From NCBI GenBank assembly GCA_013265495.1, contig MU058037.1:1489498-1553497 (forward strand): DNA of 64,000 nucleotides, given 5' to 3'. The stretch is from Vicugna vicugna (taxonomy: Eukaryota). Position 1 is the first letter of the stretch. Every line of letters begins with the position of its first letter. This document shows, piece by piece, positions 1-11,168 of the stretch. The position numbers and the translations under genes are program-made. Below the pieces are notes generated by a model, which was not told where the DNA came from, ran no database searches, and saw only the letters and a program-made list of their open reading frames with translations.

Positions 1-3000
1 ATGACTGTTATCAGCACATGCTAGCATTAATTATTCTATAACAAATTTTAGCTTCCTAATCATATATCTAAGTTAGAACTATAATCTAAAAATACAAAAA
101 TCCCTTTAAATAACAACATTTTAATTCTCTGTTATTGGTTCATCCTTCAGTGCCTGCAACACCTAGAGGATTTTAAGGGGTGGGGGCAGGGCAGAGGACT
201 GCAAAAAGGAGGAACTGCTTTAGGGGCTAAGAAGAAGATGGAAGTGAGATAAGGAAGTTTAACTGAGAATGGTTTGGAGCCAACAAGGCACAAAATCATA
301 AGGTCATTCAGAGTAACTGAATGGAATTGTAAAAACGAGGATTCATTTGAAGAGCATAATTCCATTTCATAAAATCACAGGCCAGGAAAGGACCCTGAGG
401 AATTATTTAGGAGTTATCATTCTTTTTGCCTCAAGGCAAGACTGCATCTAAAAGCCAGATATAATTTCATAGAGCAGAGGGTAGGGGAGAAATGAGAGGC
501 CTAAGAGATGTGAATTAGAGTAGTTTAGATATCAGGTAGCCTAATGTATTATTAGTTTTTCAGTTCTTGAGGGAAAGTAAAGGAAAAAAGCAATTCACAT
601 TATAGTTTCAGGACTTAAGGGAGGCAGAAGTATTTTCACATAGTAAATTTTTATTTTATAATACCCTTCTGTATTACCTAATACTGTAGGGAGTATATAT
701 TTTTTTGAAAAAAAAAATTCTTACCCAGTTTCCATTCTCCCCAATTCTTAAAGTTTGTGGAATATGGGGCCAGATGATTGATTTTTTTATAAAATTTCAG
801 TGTAATTTTACTTCAAGGGTAAGTAAAGATTTAATATAAAAAGTGACAAACAGAACTAAAAACTGAAAGTTTTCATTTCTTTCTTGCCATTATGGGCAGG
901 GGGAAGCATTCAGTCAAAGGATGACATAATTCTACAAAGAATCTGGTTTGGCAGCTGTTAGAAGAATCAAGTATGGATTTATCTCTGGGCAGCACATTTG
1001 AACAAGGAATCACAATGAGACGGAACACAGAAACACTTCCAAGTAGAGTAATGGACTAGAGATAGCAGAGATCAGTAAGGCCCCCTTCCCCCAGCCCTGC
1101 ACACCATACACATAGGCAACACCACAAGACGCAGCAGTGGGATGAGGAAGGATGAAGGATTGAGATGCCAGGCTACCACAAAATGCCACCAATTACTTAA
1201 CATTTTAAGACTAGACAAAGAGTCCTTTTATTTTTAAAGGAGAGGGGTGAGGGGCAGAGTCACATTATAAAATCTGACTCACTGTGCTCAACAGTCAAAA
1301 CAACACAGAACTCAACATTCAAGACAAAAACAGACCTTTATTTCCTTTTATAATTTTCAATTGGTTTCCTTGCCTTTTTTTTTTTTCTCAGATGAATACC
1401 AATTAAGTCAACTGGGGCTACTGTTGCAACTGAAATCGTGAAAGCACCTTTATCTTCTTCTCTTTCTGCCCTCTTCTTCTTCGTCTCCTTCTCACTTCTC
1501 TTCTGGTTTCTTTCTTTTTTTAAACCCTTGCTTCTCTTCTTCTAGAAGAGACTTGCTTTGGAAGAGGAGGCAAGCACTTGGTGAGGTCTGCTTCCTGATT
1601 GATTTTCTTTCAGTGCGCCAGTTCACCATTGGAGCACTGGCCACAACTCAGCTCTTTGGTAATTTGAGTGACTGTTTTCTGAAAGTTTGGCAAAGTATCG
1701 AAGACCACATGCAAACCACAGGACATGTATAGGACCTTCTGTAATTCCTAATGAGGAAGTGTCTCACCGCTACAATGACATTTTAATTTGTATCTAACGT
1801 ATTCATGAATTCTGGGCCTATGCAGGAGTAAATTCTCTCTCAAATTATATTTATGTTTACAACATATAAATTAGTCCTGTGTCAGATGACACTTTTTTTA
1901 TTCCAATTTCAATAAAGCAAAGAGAACATACATACAAAGTTCTTTTTCCTATGCAAAATTTCATTAATAGATTTGAGGATCACAATGAAGTTACTGACAA
2001 ATTAACTTGAATTCTGAGCCCAGGGAGGGTCATTTCTGGCTGCATCATAAGTTGGGGGTGGGGGCGGTGGAAGAAGATCCTCTGATTGTTTCATTTATAG
2101 TCTAGCTACACTATGAAACACTGTGACCCTGGGAATGTGGTGAGCATCACAACAGTTGTCTGGTTCTTTCAGGTTGCATATGAACTCCAGGTAGTGGTAA
2201 AGAAAAGCTTAAAGAAAAGATTAGCTAATGCAAAAAATAGTTGGTTGAACGTTTCTTGCAAATGGCTTATTAGCAGATGCTAATACATTTCTTAAATACT
2301 ATAAGGTCTTTGGTTGATATATTCCCTTACATTCCTGCCCAGTGGTTTCAAAATATTTTTGATTGTGCACCCTTATCAGTTAAAAGACTTCTGTTATCGA
2401 TAACATATATATATATATTACTCTATATTAATAGATATGCATGTTACAGACACAGAAAAGAAATTTGAAAGAATGACATATAAAACCTGAGGAGAAATCC
2501 CAATGTTTTTTCTTCCTGTACCTCAATGGCCCCACGTGTACCTGCCTTCAGAGACCTGCACTTTGCCTCTCCCTGAGCCTACAGACCTCGCTTTCATTGG
2601 CATTTCCCAATATTCTATCTGGCACATTGTCTCACACAGCCAATATTTAAACTGAGTGATGGTTTTCTCTACTTTATACACTAAGTACTGCACAGAGGGC
2701 TCCCTATCAGGTGACTGTGTAACTTATCACAGTCTATTGTGTAATTTCGTTCAAGTTTCTTTGGTGAAAATTACGGAGAGCATAATACAAATTTGGCGAC
2801 CTGAAAATGTCTTTCTGGTGTCCTCCCTGTTTCCCTGTCTCTGTAATGACCATGTGGAAGGAGAGAGAAAAATGAAAACAAAACCAAACAGAACAAATAT
2901 ACCAACTGGGCTCTTGAAGAACTAAGCCAACAATGAATAATCAGTTCTGGTACATGTTTTGGAAGGGAACTGTGCTCTTTTAAAATTGGACAATGATGTC

Positions 3001-4394
3001 CTCGTGGAAACAGTTGTTCCTTACACAGCACAACTGGGTAATGAGCACAGAAGGCTGGGAAAGGCTAAGTCACAAGTGGGAGAGAAGGCTGGACATAGTA
3101 GCATTAGTCACCAGTCAAATGTGAGAGGCATTCGTTCTTGCAGGGCCGCAGAGTGCTCCAAGGCGTCCAGGCTAAGGGTGTCACGTATGGGAAGCACTGT
3201 TCTCGCCATGAAAGGCAATTAACATTTGTTAATGTTAATTTACTAGTATACCATCATGAACAACTTATTTATATGTAAGGTGACAAAGTTTCAACAGGCT
3301 TAATATAGATGGGTTTAATGTTTGTAGGTTTTATGCTAAAGATGATTATGTATTCAGGAGTTTATACTGTAAACTTGAATTGTTCTACAATTAAATATTA
3401 GCTCTCTTCATTCATGTCTTTATATAAGTCAACTAACTATGCTTTGCATTTTGTACCACTGGAGAGAGAGTAGTTTGTTATATCTGAAAAAAAGCTAAGA
3501 TTTTAAAAGCTGGCTTTCACTTGTAGCTTTGTAATCAGTTACCCTTTTCATAATTTTAAGTAATTGGTTTATTTTCTTTTAGGCAAAATAAATAATTTCT
3601 CTGATAAAAAAAATTGACTTTAGTGAGGAAAATCCCTTCTTTGGAAAGGACAGCTTGAATGAATCCATCAATATTGCCAAGTGTATTTTTAAAGAAGGAC
3701 ATGTGAAACCCAGCCAGCCCTGTAAGAATGACCCTGCGCTTCACCAAAAAAGTACAGCCCATCCCAGTGTCTGTCACTCCCTTCTGCGCAACAGTAAAGC
3801 TTACTTGCATCAAGATGTGACAAAAGAGACAGAGCTGAAGCTTATTCTACACTTCATTCTCTAAGGATGTAAATTCTGCCAAATTACGTGGTTTAATGTC
3901 ACAAATATATGACAGTGGTGGAATTTGCAGGGTACTACGGTAGTTTTTCTGACAAATAGTTCAGATAGCAAAATCTTGGTGTCCTCGCAATGATTTATTG
4001 ACCCAAAGGGAAGGTTCTTTGAAGGACAATCGAAAACACAAATGACAGATTCTATATTTGCCCACAGAATTTGGAAAATTTAATTAATAGAGACATAGAG
4101 GTCAAGGTACCTGGTTCTTAGGCAGGAATTCATAAAGGGGACATTTTAAAATGAAAACTAAGAGATGATTATATTTATAAATTAATGTGGAGTCACCATA
4201 TTCCTTAATGAGAAAAAACTAAAATTCTTCATATCATAACATTTTACTATGACTTAGATAGGGCGAATGACCCAAGACAACCCCACTAATATTAAATGCC
4301 AACAAAAAGCTTTTTGATGCATTTCTACATATTAGAACCATCATTTTTATATATTCTTAAAAAAACATTAAAATGGTTAGAGCAGAGGCAATTG

Positions 4395-5725
4395 TAAGGC
4401 AGATCAATGTGATTTTATTTACAACACAAATTCCATTTGTGAGAAAGAAGCATAGATTACTTCTCTTTAGAAAGAGATTTACTATCAAGCATACTTAGCA
4501 AATTATTTAGCTATCTAAAAAGATCTGATACCAATTGGTCATATTTTTATTTTTACGTAATTTATATTTTTACAGGTATTCACATTATGCAATACCACAC
4601 ACTGCGGCGACAGGAAGAAAAAAACATTTCCAAATACAATATTAAATTATCTGTTCATTGCACAGTATGAAATATCCATTAATTAGCATTGAAATTATTA
4701 CAGAGTATGTTATCCAACTAAATGAATGAAATTTCACATCCGCTACAGAAGAAAAATAAGCAATATTGAGCCATAAGGGACCCAGTTACATAGTGTTAAA
4801 TCATATCTGAAGCTAGTTTGAAAGACAACCAGACAAAATACTTTTTCCAAAGTGAAAACCACAGCCTATATAGATTTGGAAAATTTTACAGAAAAGAATA
4901 GCTCATGCCTGTCCTATGAGGCAACACCATTTGTATACAAGTGCCAAGAAATAAGGAGAAAGTTAGGATTTTAGCTGAGGAATCTAAAAAAGCCTGGCAT
5001 GAGGAATTTTCTTCATTAGCGTCACTGAAAGCAGTCTCTGTGTTACACCTGAATACACTTTATAATAGAATAAACATAGGAAGTTTCAGAGCAGGTTGTG
5101 GATACCTTGCCTTAATAGATTACACTGAATTCAGTACAATACAGCACGTCAAGTTTTAAAAATGCAAAATACACTTAATACACAGAATTTGCTTCCTCTG
5201 CTTTGCCTTCAAGAGGCCACCAAAGAGTCCATTAAACAGCCAGGGCTTTCTAGTTATCGGAGCTGATCCCTCTCCTTTCCTGGTGTCAGGAAAACACAAC
5301 TGAGGTGTCACCACACAGAGCCCTTCCCCAGTCAGTGCCCTTCCCCACTGTTCTCCCACAGAAACGGCAGTTTTCTGTTACTGTGCTCCATCTTGATTGG
5401 CTTTGATCTTATGCTAGTCCCAGTGGAGAAAGCTTGCATTCTTCTTAAGAGTGGCCTGCCCCTCTTAATATCCCTTTAGGGAGGCCCCCAATCCACAACA
5501 CTTGATGATCTAAGCTTTTTAAAAGTCTGTTTTCTGTTATAAACGGCAAGGATGAGGCCATTTTAGTTGCTTGCAAGAGGTTGATGTTGAGTCTGCGTCG
5601 TGCCGACTCGCTCCGATCTAAATTCTCTAAACATTAGCTTATCAATCTGTCAGTCCAATGGGTTGAGTGCCAACAGAAGTGGATCCGATTTGGCATGGAG
5701 AGGTTCTACCAACTCTCGCAGTGTA
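4395..5725 (-). other. CNKSR2: Probable 3' UTR of the alternative terminal exon
   Basis: No repeat recognised in this stretch after the stop. AATAAA at 4546-4551 and 4414-4419; the 3' end is inferred. Confidence 0.5.
4414..4419 (-). terminator. Candidate polyadenylation signal AATAAA
   Basis: Minus strand reads gtgttgtaAATAAAatcacattgatc, with TGTA immediately upstream and a T-rich tract (ttttaatgttttttt) about 40-55 nt downstream. Confidence 0.45.
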
Positions 5726-5730
5726 TTAGC
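5726..5730 (-). CDS. CNKSR2: Coding start of the probable alternative terminal exon: A|GC TAA, ending the short isoform (CNK2B/MAGUIN-2 type) at ...GDKS*
   Basis: Acceptor gctttatcatattag|GCTAA completes Ser then stop after the phase-1 547-nt exon. This fits the known short isoform lacking the C-terminal PDZ-binding motif (from memory). Confidence 0.7.
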
Positions 5731-7280
5731 CTAATATGATAAAGCAGTGATACAATATAATGAAAGACCTGCGAGTGCCATTATTCCCAAAGCACATTAG
5801 TATTCGTATTAGAAATACTCTCATGCAATACACCCATGAAGAGAAAAGAGAAAAATATGGCTAGAATTGCATATGGCTTTAATACCATAATGTCCTTCTG
5901 TTGGCATGCAAGTCTACTTGGCCATAAATGGGACACTTTGTGTTTTAAGCTTGGTTATTTGGAAATGCCAATCTTATGTATACAAAATAATACACAGCAC
6001 AGATACATCTTTTCCCGACTCTATACTTGTATATGCACCTCTGTAATTTTAATCAGGAAAGCTTACGTTAAAAGCATTCTCCAGAATCATGTAAGATGAT
6101 CAGTCCTTCAAGGAAATTAAACTGTGTTTCTGTCAAGATCTCTCCTCAAATTCATCCAATCAAGAAGTATGAGGAAAAGCTTTCCTGTCTACCTGCTGTC
6201 TAACTACTCTGACTCATATGCTATCATGTGCTAACTGGTGAGGGAGAAAAGCCCAGCTAGTGTGGCTCCGAGGAGGTGGTTGAATACTGACCAATACAAA
6301 CTGAAGTGAAAAGCTCTAACAGGGTCAACGTGATGAAAGGGTGTTTTGACACCTGAGCACAAGCCACATTTCAAGGAATTGAGAAACTAGAAGAGACTAA
6401 AGTTTCTGAATGAGTTGGGAAACTAAGAACAATTGGTGTAAAAGAAACTGTAGTCTCTTAGTTCATTTTATTTTAGAATTTGAGGAATACAAATATTGTC
6501 ACCAGGCACAAATCAGCAGTATTTTTTTCAAGCCTAGAGCAGATTTTTATCTGCAACATCCTGTAGTAATTTTTGAGTTATATCAAGAAAAAGGAACAAA
6601 GTGGGAGAGGGAACAAAGAAATCATGTTGTTCATTACAAGCTCCCTTAGAAAATGGGAAAGGTTTGTGCTGCCCATAGCATAGTATCTAGAAAAGGGGAT
6701 GTGGCATGGTCCAGAAATAAGCAGAGCTAATTTTTGTTTATCAGATCATATACTCTTCTTTTGCAGGAAAAGGGCCGGGAACTCAGTAATCTTCATAGGT
6801 AGGTTACATGAAACAAAAGACAATATCTCATTTTTTAGAAAATTATAACACTGGAATGCTATTTCTGGATTCTACTACTTTGTTCCATAAGGTCATGGAA
6901 TTTCAAACAGCAAAATCAAAAGCAATCTAACGTTGGGCACAAGGTCATTCCTAAATTTAAAGGGTTCCTAGTTTATCTATGTAATTCGAACAGTTTCCCC
7001 TCAGAAACAAGGTTACATGAACATTTTAATTTCTAGTGCGCTTAACCCATACTGAACCTGAACCAGAGCCCTGGTAATCAAGTCACATTTAGTTACATTT
7101 AAGACATTGTTTATATAGGACTGCTAAATTCTACTTCAAGAGACTGGAAACACCTCCTAAACTGAGGCCTTGCCAGAGGGCAGGATGGTTGGGGGCGCGG
7201 GGAGCAGACTGCTGTTTCAAAATGGCTACAGCTAGTTCTAGTCTGTATGTATTAGCATAAGAGAAGACAACACTCTTGGA

Positions 7281-7480
7281 CAAGGTGTCTCTTCAACTCA
7301 CAGTGGTCAGACAGACCACTGACTACCAAATCTCACAGGTGGAGGTTTGTTAATCACAGATTTCTGGGCCCTACCCCTAATCTACCCAAATCAGAATTTC
7401 TGGGTACGGAACTCAGGAATCTGCTTTTTAAGCAAGCAACCCAGGTGATTCTTGTGCCACTGCAGTTTGAGACCTCCTGC
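7281..7480. mobile_element. MER5-type hAT DNA transposon
   Basis: cagatttctgggccctacccc...aatcagaatttctggg...caggaatctgctttttaa...ccaggtgattct. Confidence 0.75.
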
Positions 7481-10400
7481 TTTGAGCCAGTCACATTGTG
7501 GTGGGCTGCACCGTGGGGAGGGCTGGTTGGAGTCATGCCAATTTTTGTACTACACATACAAGTAGCTTGTAGTCAGAAGTCTTAGAGTTGGGCATGTCAC
7601 ATAGGGTTTTATTTTTAGTTCCGTCATCAGTATAACTTGTATTATGTAACTCAAACAATTTCAAGGTTTTTGCCAGGGAATCTGATGGAAATATCCTGCT
7701 CTACTGAGAATACAGCAAAATTAAAGAGGCCTTGGTAAACTGCTTGAATAAATTCTTTAAAGCTATACTTTTAGGTAGTGTTAAATAGTTCCTCTTTATT
7801 TTCAAGGCAAACAGAACAATTATATAGACACTTCCAGACTCAAGCCTATTGAATCAACTGTACATCTTGGTATGCGCATTCTGAATTTCAAGTATGAACA
7901 GCAGTGGCAGGCCAGGAGGGTCATAAATGATGGAATGGCAAGTCCCTTTCTGGTTCTCAACACTCTCTTTTTCTCTCCCTTTGTATTTTCATTGGGCTTC
8001 CTCTCTCTCTCTCCCTATTTCTACTCTTCTCTTTTGTAACTGACAATTTCATTTATCCCTATTCAAATAGTCAAAATATTCAAACCAGTTAAAATTATTT
8101 ATTATAGTGACATTAATTTTATGCCTGTTTTTAAAAGGATAAGTGGAAACTGCATATTCCTTAAACAAACTGACAAACAACAACAAAACAACCAAAACTT
8201 CAAAATTGTATGGCTCTTGATTGTTTTGTTTTCTTTTGGCCAATATCCTAACTATAAAAATGATTTCCTACTTCCTGCTATTAAAATAAAGTTCACTATT
8301 TACCAAGCTTTCAATCAAGTACATTTTGAAACAATAGCAACATATCTAAGCTACCCCAAGAAAATCAGTACTGCTTCTGTTATGCATATTACTTAAATAT
8401 TTATTGAGCTTCCATTCATAACTGAAACCTCCAACTGTGAGGCTAAAAGCCCAGCTGGATATAAAGAAACAGATTCTGTTTTCCTGAATGATGTGATCTG
8501 CATGCTACACCCAGATGCAATGCCATGTCGAGTCATGTATAGGATGACTTATTGCAGTGCGGATCTACTTCCCATGCAAGCTCTTCACAGACTGAATCTA
8601 TGTAGGATATGTTGAGGAGGATGTTCCTTTCCTTTTTTGTTTTATGAATTTAAAAATCTCCCCATTAAGGACCACTCAAATACTAAGCAGAAACAGAAAT
8701 TCTAGTAACATAAGTTTTAGAAATGTAATCAGGCTTCTAATAGTGTACCTGTTAGGAGTAGCTGATGATCCTTCAATCAAATCCTGACAATTAGATTATA
8801 AGGTAAGGATGGAGGCACAAACATTTGCAAGAGAATGATTAAGTTTGAATACAAAATAGGTGAAAAACTTTTTTTTCCCTTAATGAATGAAATAGAAGAA
8901 AATATGTGCAAATGGAAATAAGAAGTGCTTAAGCCAGAACATCACTTTCAAAGATTCAGGCTTCAGAGTTTTAAGAGAAAACTGTTTCCACTCTCTTGAA
9001 TTATCAGTGGGATTGAGGGCAAAGTCACTGCTTACCAGTCTCCAGTCGTAAACTGCTTGGAGATGACAAAGCAGACACCCTCACCTACCAATAGTAACAC
9101 TTGTGGAGATCCAGGGAGAGTAGAACTGTTTTGTGTGCTTAAAAAAAATTATTTAACACAATTATCTGGATCTCCCCCTTCTTCTAAATGTACATGTTCA
9201 GACTTGAGTTTTTCTTTTTGTAAAACAGGAATATCTAACACCATGAACTGACAGTCAGTGACAATTACTTCTTTTACTGAAAGTATTGGAAAGAGTGGCC
9301 TGAAAACTTGGTTCAGAATGTTCGGGCCAAGAGAGAGACTTAACTGTGGCTTGAGTAGTAGCTGTCCAAATTTTGAGGGCCTATTTTCTTGTAAAGGTGG
9401 AGTTCAAATAGACAGAATATCGGATTTTCAAAAATCTGTTTGCTTATTTTTAATACCATAGGGGGAAAGGAACTGAAGTCTTATTTTAAGTGAGGAGTAC
9501 AGTTTTCATGATAAAGTTTTCTTTTTCAAAAAAGTGATAAACTGTAGAAGGTAATACAGTTTGTGCTTATGCTTATAACATTTCTAGTGATCTTTAATTA
9601 GCAATTTCAGGTAAAATAAAAATATCTGATGAATCTAGCCACAGGCAAAACAAATTAGATTAGAATGTTTCCAGATTAGAATGTTCCTCTAAATTGCCAA
9701 ATCACAATCCATCCTCTGTGCATGATTCACTGGAGACAGAGTATCTTCTTATGAAAGTAGTATCTCATTTCAAAGTACCTACCGCTATACTATGACCTTA
9801 GAGTGTAGTTAGGACTTAGTTATATAAGAGTATACCTCACACTCTGGCTTTTTCTGTCTGCATTAAAACCACTATCTGAAATAAAGGCACACCTAAAGTA
9901 CCCTTGAAATGAAGCCTACATATTAGCAACAATTGAAAAGGTCTTTTATATTTAATAGTCACAGAAGTACTTAATATGTTAATTCAATTTACCAACACTT
10001 TATTTTCAAGGAAGTGTCTACAGATACATCAGAAAAGTGAACTAAGGAATCCTGCATTATTATACTGTCACCTCAATGTCCCCTTTCAGATTTTAAAATA
10101 GAAAATAGGAGGAATTCATTTTTACAGACAAGTATTGTTCAATAAGGACTTAATGGGTGCCTATGGGAATATATACTATATCAAATGTTAGGGATAAATA
10201 TACAAAGATAAGAGTCTGACCTCAAAGAGTTCATGGTATACTTGTACAACACCTTTCCCATTTCTGTCTTATAATTTTATAGTAAAGGACTATCAATAAA
10301 AAAGCTCTACTTTATTAAGTACAAACATATATATATATACACACATACATAATAACAAATCAAATTGTAAGACTATAATGTTATTATACAATTACCCTAA

Positions 10401-10625
10401 TAATGTATATTATATGCAATTATACTATATGCAATTACATTATATATTATATAGATATACTAATTTTAATTGATATATTTGGAATACATAGAAAATAAAA
10501 ATATTTTAAATTTGGGGCAAATTTAAAGAAGGTCATTAAAATATGAATGTATGTGTATATATGTATATGTGTATATATATGATATAAAACAGCTGAGTTC
10601 TGATGCTTACAATAGACTTTAAAAC

Positions 10626-11168
10626 TGAAGGGGATTACAATATGCCACTTTGGCCTAAGGATTATTTTGAGCTGAAGGTAATTAAGAAGCAGCAGACATA
10701 GAAAGATCTTTGGCTATCCCTGTATCTGTCTAAAAGCAGGACATAAATTTCCCACCATGAAGGTGTTTCTCCTCCCCTCTTCCATACTGGAAGAACAACT
10801 CTTATCACTGAAGACAGAAAGCTGGCATCAAGATGGGTCTGCACAAATAAATCTCACTAAAATAGCCCTTATTTTCCGTTAGTTTCCTCTATATATAAAC
10901 TTTCTCAAAGTTTACCACGCTTTTCCCTTTATCTTGTCACTTCTCCATAATTTATCACCCTTTGTTAAAATGGTATGTAAACCCCAGGTCTCACTGCTTC
11001 TTTGGGTTTTTACTTCTTTCCCATGAAAGGTCTCTGTGCACATAAATATTCAATTAATGCAATAAAATATGCCTTTTCTCCTGTTCTTCTGTCACTTGCC
11101 AGTTTAATTCACAGGCTCCAAGTAAAGAACCTAACAGGATAGAGGAAAAGTTTTGTTCTTCCTCTATA
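10626..11168 (+). mobile_element. Solo LTR, MER34-like (ERV1)
   Basis: 5' aatatgccactttggcctaaggattattttgagctgaagg and 3' agaggaaaagttttgttcttcctcta resemble MER34 ends. Internal AATAAA; 4-bp direct repeat aaac at 10622-10625 and 11169-11172. Confidence 0.8.

Noticed and set aside
3217..3240. Perfect 10-bp inverted repeat aattaacatt-tgtt-aatgttaatt
   Set aside because: Almost all A/T; plausible by chance in 64 kb of AT-rich DNA.
9656..9688. Short tandem duplication of agattagaatgtt(t)cc, and similar ones near 12323 and 56416
   Set aside because: Ordinary two-copy slippage duplications, not an array.
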